The notes under the pieces were generated by a model that was given only the letters and a program-made list of their open reading frames with translations, ran no database searches and was not told the origin of the DNA. This document shows positions 27,749 through 37,640 of a DNA stretch of 64,000 nucleotides, in pieces. A program made the position numbers and the translations under genes. Position 1 is the first letter of the stretch. Each line of letters opens with the position of its first letter. The DNA is from Candidatus Omnitrophota bacterium (GTDB taxonomy: Bacteria > Omnitrophota > Gorgyraeia > Zapsychrales > JANLHA01). The stretch lies in NCBI GenBank assembly GCA_023247795.1, contig JAHFFT010000004.1:9739-73738 (forward strand), given 5' to 3'.

Positions 27749-30700
27749 GGACGGCCTCCACATCAAAACTGTCCAAATAAACCAGAAATCCTTTGATGGT
27801 CCTTTGCGGATAAAGCTCGGCCAAAATCTTCATGTATTCCAAAACCTGCGCTTGATTCCGTCCCTGCTGATCAAGACTCCATTTGAAATCAATGACCAAG
27901 ACGTCCTTTGCTCCGACGATGATACGGTCCGGCCTCTTGGTATGACCATAGCTGTTCACAATCTCCTGTTCGCAAAAAACCTGGCCTTCAGCCAAATCAA
28001 AAAACGGTTTTACGCGGCTGTCCTGCAAAAAATTTTTAATCCGGTCCATGACCGGGTCAATGATGTCCGTTTCTGAAAACTGCAGATCAGCCTGTGCTTT
28101 CAATTCCTGTAAGATCTCGATGAGCGGACGATCGTGCAAATTCCCAATGAACGCCAAAAGGGCATGCATGTGCTGTCCATGCAAACGCTGCCGTCGGTTC
28201 TTAAGTTCACCTGCGGAAACAAATTCATCGCGTAGAAATTCCATCCAGTCATGATATTGCGCCTGGGGAATTTTAATCAGCTCGGCCTTGGCCTCCTTGC
28301 TTTTAAAAATCGCGGTACCGGGTTGACCGTGGCGAAACCAGCTCGGCGGGATTAAAAACTTTAGAAAATTTAAATTCTGTCCAGTTCGCTGCGGGATAAA
28401 GGCATAAAGTTCTTCCTGCGGACGGGTGAGTGCTACATAAACATTGTTCAATTCGATAAAAAGGGCGTCCAAATACTGCTGACGATAGATCCGCGAAAGC
28501 CGGTCAGAAAATTTGTAATACTTTTCTTTGAGACGCAGCAGTTGGATTTGCTGACCATCGGACACCGTGACATAAGAGTATTGCTGTTCAGTCCGCGAAC
28601 CCACCTGGACCTTCATCCCCAAAAACGGCAAAATAACAACCGGGAACTCCAGACCCTTGGCCTTGTGGATCGTCAAGACTTTAACTGCGTCCCGATCTGT
28701 AATCCGGACATAAAGCTCTTCACCATCCAATCCTTCAAAATATTTGAGAAATGACGAAATATCGGCATGTTCTTGCTCCTGTTCTTTGATCAGTTCTAAA
28801 AAACGCATCAAAAAGCCCTGGTCTCCGGGAAAACGCTGCAACACCCCCAAGCGGTGATAAATGCTGACGATCATTTCATAAAGTGGATACAAACCTATGT
28901 TGCGAAAATATTCGTCAAAGTATGCTTCCCACAGTTTCGGAAACTGCTGGCGAAATTCGGTGTAGTGATAAAAGGATTCCTTTTGACGTGACCGTTCCCG
29001 AAGCTGGAAAATGAAATCGTGCCAGAACTCTTTCGTTTGTTGTGTCACACTCGCAAAGATTTCTCCGCCGATAAAGGAGATGAACGCAGCATTATCAATC
29101 GGTGAATCTAAGAATTTTAAAAAATCGATCAACTCCAAAATAATGCTATTTTCCCGAATGCTGGAGGTCCGTTCCGAGTCGACGGCAATCCCTTGCGTCA
29201 AAAGCCAATGGGTCACCTGCTCGCTTTCAGCATGGCTGCGGGTGAGGACCGCCATGTCCTGATAAACATAGCGCTGATGCAAGTCTTTGACCAATCCTAA
29301 CAATTTCTCGTGGATGACTTCATCGCGCTCATCTTTGTTCGCGATATCAATGAATTCGAACTGAACATAGCCATCCAGCTTTTCTTGATGGACCTCTTGC
29401 TGAGCGTGCTGAAAGACCTGCTCCAACCGCTTAAAATCTGTCTCATTGAATTGGATGGCAGACGCGCTTCGATTTTTGCTTTCCTCATGATTGGTCTTTT
29501 CCTGAATGAACCGCTTTAAATTTATAATTGAAAAAATCTGATTATTGAATTCCACGACAGCCTTTTGGCTCCGCCAGTTTTTCACTAAGACTTCGCGATG
29601 CAGCTGCGTTGAGGAAAACGATTCAGTGACCTCGTCGAACAGCCGGGCGTCTCCTCCGCGGAAATCATAGATCGCCTGTTTGCGATCGCCAACATAATAC
29701 AAAGAACCGGCCGCGGCCAGGGACTCCTCGATCAAAGGGTAAAGGTTCTTCCACTGCAAACGGCTGGTATCTTGAAATTCATCCCATAGGTAATGGCGAA
29801 ACCTCGTGGCCAGACGAAAATACAATTCTTCAACACTGAGCTGCCCTTGCTCAAAGAGCAGACGCGCTTTTCGGTTTAGTTCGTCGAGGAAAACAACATC
29901 CTCTTTCATGCAAATCTGCAAGAGCGATTGGTGCACCGGCTCAAAAATCCCAAGATAAGGATCAAACAATGACACCGCTTCCTCTTCGCACAGCTCGATC
30001 AAATGCTGATGGATCTGAGCCCATAACCGATCAAGTTCCGAAGGGACTTTCGCGTCTTTTCTTAGAGGGATTTCACTTCGCGCGAAATAATCGGAAACAC
30101 TGTCAATATCGAAAGACTGTTCGTGCTTCTTTAAAAATTGTTCAATGCCCTTTCGGAAACTGGCGTTGGTTTCCTCAGGAAGCTGGTCGAAAAGTTTTTT
30201 CATTGCTGACAAAATCAGACGCTTTTTTTTAATCAGGTCTTCTGGAGCAAAAGGCGATCTTTTAAAGTCGTGGGCATAAACATTCTTTAGCTGATTGAGA
30301 GAATAAAGGATGGCCAGGATATCCTTTTTCGGGAACCAGTTGCCGCGATTTTCCAAATACAGGTAATTGTGCAAAAAATGTCGGAATAACTTTTGCAATG
30401 GTTCCTGGTGTTGCGCCTGATCAATGACACTGTCCAAGGCCTGTTCCAAATAGACAATGGCATTGTTACGGATCTGAAAATGCGTTGTCAACCCCAACTT
30501 AAACGCGCAACCGAGAAGAAAGGAATTGATCAATTTGTCGATCGTCTGGACTTGAAAATAGTGATAGTGATGAATGATCGATTCCATCATCTGAAAAGCG
30601 ATCTTACTGGCCTGCACCTGACTCAAGCCGATCGAACGCAAAATGTCTTTCTCCTCGACCGGACTCAAATCCTGAAAAGCGATCCGTTTGAGCAGCTGCA

Positions 30701-30911
30701 GAATCCTGGCCTTCATCGCAAAGGCGGCTTTATTGGTGAACGTGACTGCCAGCAGCGTCTGAAAATTCCTGGGGTCGGCGACAAACGAGGGATGGAATAA
30801 CAGCTGGACATAGCGCTGGGCCAAGGCATAAGTCTTCCCCGAGCCGGCCGAGGCCTCAACCATGCGGATTTCTGGAAATTCAAAAATTTTTGCCGAAGAA
30901 GGATTCATCAA
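27741..30911 (-). CDS. addA: AddA-like UvrD/Rep superfamily-1 helicase with a C-terminal RecB-type nuclease.
   Basis: 1056 aa. Walker A is EASAGSGKTY. SF1 helicase motifs are present. The C-terminal sequence is RPDRIIVGAKDVLVIDFKWSL. Confidence 0.8.
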   Translation of the reverse strand: MMNPSSAKIFEFPEIRMVEASAGSGKTYALAQRYVQLLFHPSFVADPRNFQTLLAVTFTNKAAFAMKARILQLLKRIAFQDLSPVEEKDILRSIGLSQVQASKIAFQMMESIIHHYHYFQVQTIDKLINSFLLGCAFKLGLTTHFQIRNNAIVYLEQALDSVIDQAQHQEPLQKLFRHFLHNYLYLENRGNWFPKKDILAILYSLNQLKNVYAHDFKRSPFAPEDLIKKKRLILSAMKKLFDQLPEETNASFRKGIEQFLKKHEQSFDIDSVSDYFARSEIPLRKDAKVPSELDRLWAQIHQHLIELCEEEAVSLFDPYLGIFEPVHQSLLQICMKEDVVFLDELNRKARLLFEQGQLSVEELYFRLATRFRHYLWDEFQDTSRLQWKNLYPLIEESLAAAGSLYYVGDRKQAIYDFRGGDARLFDEVTESFSSTQLHREVLVKNWRSQKAVVEFNNQIFSIINLKRFIQEKTNHEESKNRSASAIQFNETDFKRLEQVFQHAQQEVHQEKLDGYVQFEFIDIANKDERDEVIHEKLLGLVKDLHQRYVYQDMAVLTRSHAESEQVTHWLLTQGIAVDSERTSSIRENSIILELIDFLKFLDSPIDNAAFISFIGGEIFASVTQQTKEFWHDFIFQLRERSRQKESFYHYTEFRQQFPKLWEAYFDEYFRNIGLYPLYEMIVSIYHRLGVLQRFPGDQGFLMRFLELIKEQEQEHADISSFLKYFEGLDGEELYVRITDRDAVKVLTIHKAKGLEFPVVILPFLGMKVQVGSRTEQQYSYVTVSDGQQIQLLRLKEKYYKFSDRLSRIYRQQYLDALFIELNNVYVALTRPQEELYAFIPQRTGQNLNFLKFLIPPSWFRHGQPGTAIFKSKEAKAELIKIPQAQYHDWMEFLRDEFVSAGELKNRRQRLHGQHMHALLAFIGNLHDRPLIEILQELKAQADLQFSETDIIDPVMDRIKNFLQDSRVKPFFDLAEGQVFCEQEIVNSYGHTKRPDRIIVGAKDVLVIDFKWSLDQQGRNQAQVLEYMKILAELYPQRTIKGFLVYLDSFDVEAVHE

Positions 30912-31006
30912 TCACGAAGGAAGGATTGTTCAAATCGGAAATGAGCCGAAGGTTGTCCTAGAAGGACTCCCTCAGCCTTAACAGTGCTCATCTTAATGGA
31001 TGGCCC

Positions 31007-32344
31007 CTATTTCATCAACAACAAAAGCATGTCCGCGAGTTCGGGGTCGATTTGCTGCAAATATTTAAATTCCCGTCTGGCCGAATCATGATCTTTGAGC
31101 ATCGCGTAAGCGAATCCCAAATGATAATGAGCCTGCTTATGATCGCTGTTCCGACGGAGAACTTCTTTAAAACAACGGACCGAATCCTTAAACCGCTTCA
31201 ACTTAAGATTGGCCATGCCTAACTGAAACTGCGCCTCCTGATTTGTCGGCTTCACCCTCACGGCCTTTTGCAACGCCTCCCTGGCGTCTTCCCATCGTTC
31301 CAGTTTCGCCAGATAAAGCTGACCCATATGGAAATAGATTTCATCGTCCTTGACCAATCGGCAGGCATTATTAAAGGCTTGCAGCGCATCTTCATAGCGG
31401 CCAAGATTATTGTAAATCAAACCGATTTGTTTGTAGGCATCGCTTTGTTCCGGGTTCAAATGAATCACTTTACGGAAGGAATCTTGTGCCTCTTGATCAC
31501 AGCCCAAGGCCTGATAGGCTAGACCCAACGCGTAATAAGCCTGCCAATGAACAAGATCGATTCCGATGGCATTCTTCAATTGTTCAACCGCCTTATGAAA
31601 GGCTTTGCTTTCATAAAAAATTTTTCCCAAATGATAATGAAAACTGGCCTCTTGCGGACTAACCATAATGGCCTTTTCTAAAGCAGCGACTGCGTCCTGG
31701 TGCTGGCCCAGTCGAGCGTACGCGAGTCCAAGATTGAAATAACTTTTAGAGTCAGGAAGACCGATGGGCTTAAAACGAAGCTGGGCTAAAAAAGCCCGCC
31801 AGCGGTTTCGATCAAAATCAGACCGAAATTTTTCCAATACTTCGGGGACCGTTAAAAACCCGACGTACGTCAAAAGCACGACAAAATTAAAATAAAGTCG
31901 GAAAAAATAATCTAAAAAATGTTGATCCCCCCATTTCATCGTCGCCAAAAAAATCAGAACAACAAAATGGACAATGCACATGACGATGAATGATGACCGG
32001 GCAACGGCATTCAATCTGAGAATGCCCGCGCCGCAGCTGATCGCCATGAAGATCCAAATCAAGTACGAGGTGGCGTCCTCTTTCAAATAGCCAACCATAA
32101 AATCCAAAGGGAAGACCGCGCCCATGGCGATGAAATTGCGATATTTCTGCCAGTAACTGTCATCGGGCTGAAAATGCAGAACCAAAATGAGGAGATTGAA
32201 AACAATGATGCTCCAACCGATAAGCTTGATGCTTAATAAGTTGTCTTTAGTTGCCATATGTGCGGAATGCCGACCATCGCTGTTACGGGAAAGAGATTGG
32301 AACATGAACTCGACAACACTTCGCGTGCAGCCGATCAGCGCCAA
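31007..32344 (-). CDS. Polytopic membrane protein with a C-terminal TPR-repeat domain.
   Basis: About five N-terminal TM helices followed by at least six TPR repeats (AxxxLGxAYxxLGxxxEAxxxFxKAL pattern). The start is uncertain (track 32344; alternative ATG at 32257). Confidence 0.6.
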   Translation of the reverse strand: MALIGCTRSVVEFMFQSLSRNSDGRHSAHMATKDNLLSIKLIGWSIIVFNLLILVLHFQPDDSYWQKYRNFIAMGAVFPLDFMVGYLKEDATSYLIWIFMAISCGAGILRLNAVARSSFIVMCIVHFVVLIFLATMKWGDQHFLDYFFRLYFNFVVLLTYVGFLTVPEVLEKFRSDFDRNRWRAFLAQLRFKPIGLPDSKSYFNLGLAYARLGQHQDAVAALEKAIMVSPQEASFHYHLGKIFYESKAFHKAVEQLKNAIGIDLVHWQAYYALGLAYQALGCDQEAQDSFRKVIHLNPEQSDAYKQIGLIYNNLGRYEDALQAFNNACRLVKDDEIYFHMGQLYLAKLERWEDAREALQKAVRVKPTNQEAQFQLGMANLKLKRFKDSVRCFKEVLRRNSDHKQAHYHLGFAYAMLKDHDSARREFKYLQQIDPELADMLLLLMK

Positions 32345-32395
32345 GAACTCTTCTTTTTGGTCGTCGGGTCAATTGGGACAACAATGAAAAATTTA

Positions 32396-32896
32396 TTAAA
32401 GTTCTTCTGCCTCTGCCTTCTGTTTGGCTTTTCTTCTCTTTTCAAAAACTCCCTTAATCACATCCACAAGCAGTTCGGTCGTGAAAGGCTTGGAGACATA
32501 GTCATCGACGCCGTAAGCCTCGGATAAAGCATCCGCGCCTTTCGCTTCCGGCAGATTTCCCCGGCCTTTGGTCATGGGATTGTTCGGCTGCCATTTGAAT
32601 TCGTCCTTTTTTTTGTTATAAATCATCTCCCCTTTACCGCTCACCATGACAATGGGGATGTCTTTTGTTGCCGGATTTTTTCGAAGAATGGCCGCGACCT
32701 CATCTCCTCTGCGGCCCGGCATCACAACATCCACAAGGACAATATCCGGCTTTTCCCGCTGAACCAGTGTTTCCGCTTCCAACGCGTTTGACGTTGTCAC
32801 GACCTCAAACCCTCCGGTATCTTCCAGGTTTCCTTTCACCATAAGGCAAAGGTCTGGTTCATCGTCGATCATAACAATTTTTTTCTTTTCCGGCAT
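32396..32896 (-). CDS. Single-domain response regulator (REC only) with an internal insertion.
   Basis: IVMIDDEPD…DIVLVDVVMPG…SKPF marks the acidic pocket, phospho-Asp and Lys. AGGAGGA sits upstream of ATG at 32896. There is no output domain. Confidence 0.8.
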   Translation of the reverse strand: MPEKKKIVMIDDEPDLCLMVKGNLEDTGGFEVVTTSNALEAETLVQREKPDIVLVDVVMPGRRGDEVAAILRKNPATKDIPIVMVSGKGEMIYNKKKDEFKWQPNNPMTKGRGNLPEAKGADALSEAYGVDDYVSKPFTTELLVDVIKGVFEKRRKAKQKAEAEEL

Positions 32897-32918
32897 AAAT
32901 ATCCTCCTTGAATGATTG

Positions 32919-34967
32919 TTAAATTTTCGCTCTCGTTTCATCCTCTGCCGGCTGTAACAGACTTTGATCTTCCACCGGCAAGGTGATCGTAAACGTCGTC
33001 CCTTTATCGATCTTGCTTTCAACACTGATGTGCCCATGGTGCCGCTCGACGATCAAATAGACCGTGCTCAACCCCAGGCCTGTTCCTTTGCCCGGTTCCT
33101 TGGTCGTATAAAAAGGATCAAATATCTTCGGAAGACGATTTTCCGGAATTCCCTCACCAGTGTCCTTGATTTTGATGACTACCTGCCCTTGATCTTGCGA
33201 TCCCTTTTTTGGGATATGATGACCGACCACAATTTCAATGTCACCGCCCCGCGGCATCGCGTCAATGGCATTGGCCATCAAATCAAAAATAGCCTGCTCA
33301 AGCATCAGCTGATCCCCGTAAACAATTTTTTGGGCAATGGAACAGCTTTCGTGGATCTGAACATTATTCAATTGCGCGTTGTTGCGGATCAAAGACACCG
33401 ATTCATGGATCACCTGACAAATGTCGACGGGCTTCATATCCATCTGCGAAGAACGGGAGTATTTCAAGATCGAGGTAACAACATCATTGGCCCGCTGTGA
33501 GGCGCTTTTAACGATTTTGATGTAAGGCATTTCCTCTTCTTCATTCCTTTTGATCGCCGCTTTCTCTAACCGCTCCATGCCCTGCATGATCACCGCCAAA
33601 GGATTTTTGATTTCGTGAGCGAACCCGGCGGCCAAGGTTCCGATCGTCGCCATTTTCTCGATTTGAATCATCTGCTGCTGCGTTTCCTTCAATTGTCGAT
33701 ACGCCCTTTCCCGCTCCTGAACCATGGCCTTGAGAGCATTCGCGTTGGTTAACAAATTTTTATTTAACGTCCTCAATTCATCTTCAAATCCTTTACGTTT
33801 GGTGATATCGCTTCTGATCGAAACATATTGGAAAGGCTGTCCATTCTCATCGAGCAGAGGGACAATGGTGCTGTCAACCCAATAAAACGTCCCGTCTTTT
33901 GCCCGATTCCTGATCTCTCCCTTCCAGACTTTTCCGTTGGCAATCGTCTTCCATAAATTCCGAAAAAAATCTTTCGGATGATATCCGGAGTTGATGATCC
34001 GATGATCTTGGCCCAACAGTTCCTTGCGGCTGTATTGCGAGATCTCACAAAATTTATCATTGGCATAAATGATCTTGCCCGCCGGGTCAGTGATCGCCAC
34101 AATCGCGTGCTGGTCCAGCCCCGACTTGATGTTCTCCAGCTCCCGCAGCGATTGATCTAGTTTGGCGGCCAAGCGCTTACGTTCGCGGATGTCCCGCATG
34201 ATACCGATCGATCCCGTGATTTCACCGTCGGGATTTTTCAAAACACTGATGGAGATGTCAATATCAATCAAATTTCCGTCTTTATCATAAACCTGCGTTT
34301 CCAGATGACGGTCTTTCCCATACTGGCGGATTTGATAAGACCGGATCCGTTTCCATTCTTCGGGAGGATATAAGGAACGGACCGTCTTGTTGAGCAATTC
34401 TTTTGTTTCAAAACCCAATAAATTCACGGCCAGCTTATTGCAGGCGACGATCCGTTCCTTTTCATCGGCAAAGGTGATCGCAACGGCCGAATTATGAAAA
34501 ATCGTCCGGAATCTTTCTTCTGACTCACGGATCTTTTCGATGTTCGCCAAAAGCTGGGTTTCGCGTTTCGCAAGTAAGGCTTCCAGGCTTTCCTGGTAGC
34601 GGCGCATGATGTCCCGCAACGAGACCATACCAACGATCGCACCATTTTGGGTGACCGGCAGATGACGGATATTTTTCTGCCGCATCAATTCCAAAACTTC
34701 ACCGTAACTCTCGTCGTGTTCGACAGTGATGAGGTTTTTGGTCATGATGTCGGCCATCATGGTGTCCTTCAATCGTTCCGGTCTGGCCACATCGAGTTTA
34801 GCCAAGAGGTCCCGTTCGGTAAAAATACCGATGGGCTCATCCTGGCGATCCCTGACCAAAAGCGCGCCGATTTTCTCTCGGCGCATGAGTTTGAGCGATT
34901 CGATGAGCGGAGTATCATCAACGACCGAGATGATACTTTTTGTCATATATTCTGAGATAGGTTTCAT
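32919..34967 (-). CDS. Sensor histidine kinase: CBS pair + PAS domains + HisKA + HATPase_c.
   Basis: Two N-terminal CBS modules, the H-box FAHEIKNPL, and G1/G2 boxes (DTGEGIP, GTGLGLS). It has no TM segment, so it is a cytoplasmic sensor. Confidence 0.85.
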   Translation of the reverse strand: MKPISEYMTKSIISVVDDTPLIESLKLMRREKIGALLVRDRQDEPIGIFTERDLLAKLDVARPERLKDTMMADIMTKNLITVEHDESYGEVLELMRQKNIRHLPVTQNGAIVGMVSLRDIMRRYQESLEALLAKRETQLLANIEKIRESEERFRTIFHNSAVAITFADEKERIVACNKLAVNLLGFETKELLNKTVRSLYPPEEWKRIRSYQIRQYGKDRHLETQVYDKDGNLIDIDISISVLKNPDGEITGSIGIMRDIRERKRLAAKLDQSLRELENIKSGLDQHAIVAITDPAGKIIYANDKFCEISQYSRKELLGQDHRIINSGYHPKDFFRNLWKTIANGKVWKGEIRNRAKDGTFYWVDSTIVPLLDENGQPFQYVSIRSDITKRKGFEDELRTLNKNLLTNANALKAMVQERERAYRQLKETQQQMIQIEKMATIGTLAAGFAHEIKNPLAVIMQGMERLEKAAIKRNEEEEMPYIKIVKSASQRANDVVTSILKYSRSSQMDMKPVDICQVIHESVSLIRNNAQLNNVQIHESCSIAQKIVYGDQLMLEQAIFDLMANAIDAMPRGGDIEIVVGHHIPKKGSQDQGQVVIKIKDTGEGIPENRLPKIFDPFYTTKEPGKGTGLGLSTVYLIVERHHGHISVESKIDKGTTFTITLPVEDQSLLQPAEDETRAKI

Positions 34968-35066
34968 GATTTATACCGTGCTTGCAAGAGTAGTATATCG
35001 TATGAAAGGCGAATTCAGCAAGCGACGAAGTGAAAAATTTCGGGAGCAAAATACGGATAACTCATA

Positions 35067-35094
35067 GGGGACAGACCCTAAAGGGTCAGTCCCC
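35067..35094. repeat. REP-like hairpin GGGGACAGACCCT-AA-AGGGTCAGTCCCC overlapping the trmH stop codon.
   Basis: 13-bp arms with one mismatch. The right arm encodes the C-terminal LGD* of the TrmH-like gene. Confidence 0.6.
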
Positions 35095-35622
35095 AAGCTT
35101 CGCAAACTGCGAGCGGATCTGATACGCCACGACCCCAAAGGCAACCGCGGCATTGAGCGAATTCTTCGCACCGGCCATCGGGATTTCCACGGCACCATCG
35201 CAAAGGGAGAGGAGTTCCAGTGAGATCCCTTCAATTTCATTGCCAACAATCAGACAGATCGGAAAAAGAACTTCAAACTGATCAAAATTAAGACTTTGCT
35301 CAGTCTGCTCCAAAGCAATAATGGCGTAGCCTTGGTCTTTCAAAGACCTCACAACGGCAAGGACATCGTGGGAGTGCTCCCAGGGAACACGGTCTTCGGC
35401 TCCGAGGGCAGTTTTCGTAATCTGCGACTGGGGAGGAAAACCGGTAATCCCGCAGAGCCAGAGTTTTTCCACTCCCACTCCGTCAGCGGTCCGGAAAATG
35501 GCACCGACGTTGTGTAGGCTTCTGATATTATCCAAAACAACAATTAACGGAATGGCCTTTTCCTTTGCTCGGTGCTGCTGACGGTCAACAATTTCCTGAT
35601 GAGTTAATTTGCGCATTCTCAA
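35086..35622 (-). CDS. SpoU/TrmH-family RNA 2'-O-methyltransferase.
   Basis: 178 aa with a SPOUT knot (…LDNIRSLHNVGAIFRTAD…, …IVGNEIEGIS…). Confidence 0.75.
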   Translation of the reverse strand: MRMRKLTHQEIVDRQQHRAKEKAIPLIVVLDNIRSLHNVGAIFRTADGVGVEKLWLCGITGFPPQSQITKTALGAEDRVPWEHSHDVLAVVRSLKDQGYAIIALEQTEQSLNFDQFEVLFPICLIVGNEIEGISLELLSLCDGAVEIPMAGAKNSLNAAVAFGVVAYQIRSQFAKLGD

Positions 35623-35637
35623 AATTTCAACGGGCCT

Positions 35638-36510
35638 TCATATTCTCATAATGATCGGATTAAAAGCCTTAGCAGCGACCAGAACGCGATCACCGACATG
35701 CCAATCTTTCGCTTCATCTTCGGTCGCGACAACCTTCGTCAAATGATTTCCGATTTGGACCGTCACAATATTAAGGAAATCTTCCCTCTTGAGCTCCAGG
35801 ATATTCCCCACAAATTTGAATTTGCCGCTCAAGGCCTCTTCTCCAAAAATCGCGCTTGGTTTGCCGGAACGACTGATCTTCCCTTGTTCTAAAATAAAAA
35901 TTTGGCTGGAAATTTTAAAAATTTCACTCAAGTCATGTGTGACAAAAACAGTTGGGATCTTAAGACGCTCATAAAGAGCGAGGATTTCATCCTGCAATTT
36001 CAGTCGTAGCTCCAAATCCAAGGAGGAAAGCGGTTCGTCCAATAAAAAAATCTTTGGTTTCCTTAACAAAGCCCTGATCAACGCCACCCGCTGTTTTTGC
36101 CCGCCAGAAAGTGTGTCGGGTTTGCGATCTTTCAGTTCCGTGAGCCGCGCCATTTCTAACAACTCCTGAATCATCCCCTCTTCCTCTTTGTCTTTAAGGG
36201 CGTACCGCAAATTTTCCAGGATGGTCATGTTCGGAAAAAGATTGTAATCTTGAAAAACAAAACTGATTTGCCTTTCTTGAACAGGCCGGTTGATGCCTTT
36301 GTCGCTGTCAAACCAGACTTCATCCTCCACTTGGATGAACCCCTCTTCGGGATCGGTCAAACCCGCGATCATTCGCAGAATCGTTGTCTTGCCAGCGCCC
36401 GATGGGCCAAAAAGGGTTATCAATTCCTTATCGGCTATCTGAAAATCCACCGCAAGCCGCATTGGGCCGTGACTTGTCAGCAAACTTTTCTTGGCCCTTA
36501 CTTTTATCAT
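35638..36510 (-). CDS. modC: Molybdate/tungstate ABC transporter ATP-binding protein with a C-terminal TOBE domain.
   Basis: Walker A GPSGAGKTT, signature LSGGQKQRV, and a C-terminal TOBE/Mop domain. Confidence 0.8.
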   Translation of the reverse strand: MIKVRAKKSLLTSHGPMRLAVDFQIADKELITLFGPSGAGKTTILRMIAGLTDPEEGFIQVEDEVWFDSDKGINRPVQERQISFVFQDYNLFPNMTILENLRYALKDKEEEGMIQELLEMARLTELKDRKPDTLSGGQKQRVALIRALLRKPKIFLLDEPLSSLDLELRLKLQDEILALYERLKIPTVFVTHDLSEIFKISSQIFILEQGKISRSGKPSAIFGEEALSGKFKFVGNILELKREDFLNIVTVQIGNHLTKVVATEDEAKDWHVGDRVLVAAKAFNPIIMRI

Positions 36511-37181
36511 GACATGACCTTGAAATCTTTTTTATTGACAACATTCAAAACAAATAAAATTCCAAAGGAAATTAAAAACAAGACACCCGAATAGAAATTG
36601 GCGGTCGTATAGTTCAACGCTTCAACCTCGCCAAAAATCGCGATGGACGCCACCCGTGTTTCGCCGGGGATATTTCCGCCAATCATCAAAACCACACCGA
36701 ATTCTCCAACGGTATGGGCAAAGGCCATCACGATCCCCGTCCATAGAGCCGGTTTGATGTTCGGGAGAATGACTTTTAATAAAGTTTCCCTTTTCGACTT
36801 TCCCAACGCATAAGAAGCTTCAATTAAAGACTTCGGGAAACTCTGAAAGCCAGCTTTAATGGGATTAACCATAAACGGTAAGCTGAATAACACCGATCCA
36901 ATCACCAATCCCCAAAATGTAAAAACGACTTTGATATGAAAAAATGTTTCTAGAAAACTTCCTAAAAACGAGCGTGGGCTAAAAAAAAGGAGGATATAAA
37001 AACCTAACACCGTAGGCGGCAGCACCAGCGGCATGCTGACGAGCGGCTCGATGACATATTTCCATTTACTGCGGGTCAACGCAATCCAATAGGCAAGCGG
37101 AATCCCGATGAGCATCAGAATGACCGTCGTCACCAATGCCAATTTGAATGTCAGAATCAGTGGGTTCCAATCAAGGCTCAT
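36507..37181 (-). CDS. modB: Molybdate ABC transporter permease.
   Basis: 224 aa, five or six TM helices, with the EAA-like loop (…EASYALGKSKRETLLKVILP…). Confidence 0.8.
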   Translation of the reverse strand: MSLDWNPLILTFKLALVTTVILMLIGIPLAYWIALTRSKWKYVIEPLVSMPLVLPPTVLGFYILLFFSPRSFLGSFLETFFHIKVVFTFWGLVIGSVLFSLPFMVNPIKAGFQSFPKSLIEASYALGKSKRETLLKVILPNIKPALWTGIVMAFAHTVGEFGVVLMIGGNIPGETRVASIAIFGEVEALNYTTANFYSGVLFLISFGILFVLNVVNKKDFKVMS

Positions 37182-37585
37182 GCGGGGTTCTTCATCAATG
37201 TCACTTCATTGGTTTTAACCAGCCACTCCACTTCTTCTTTGTCTTTGAGTTTCATTTGCAGCACGGATTGCGTTGAGATGATCGACTCAATCGTGTGACT
37301 TCTATAGCGAAGCGTGACCTTGGCTAAAATCGGGCCTTTGTCTATTTTCGTGACCACGGATTTAAAGCGATTTCGGAAACTGATCATGCCAGTCAAATCT
37401 TTTGCGATCCCGACTTCAGTTTCCTTAAAAAGCAGCGTCACGGCATCTTTGATTTTGTAATTCGCGCCTCCCATCTTTCCTTCCAAAACGATGGAACTAA
37501 AAACATCTCCCTCAACATCCACATGAATGATCGAGATGTTATCTGATGATTGGATGTCCTTAATTTTTCCTTTGAGTTTGTTCAT
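37178..37585 (-). CDS. Di-TOBE (Mop) molbindin-like protein.
   Basis: Two tandem TOBE-like beta domains (MNKLKGKIKDI… and a second half). ATG at 37585 is preferred. Confidence 0.7.
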   Translation of the reverse strand: MNKLKGKIKDIQSSDNISIIHVDVEGDVFSSIVLEGKMGGANYKIKDAVTLLFKETEVGIAKDLTGMISFRNRFKSVVTKIDKGPILAKVTLRYRSHTIESIISTQSVLQMKLKDKEEVEWLVKTNEVTLMKNPA

Positions 37586-37640
37586 GCTAACCTCTACGGG
37601 TTGAATTATAAAAAATCCCACTGACCCCTATTATTCACGC

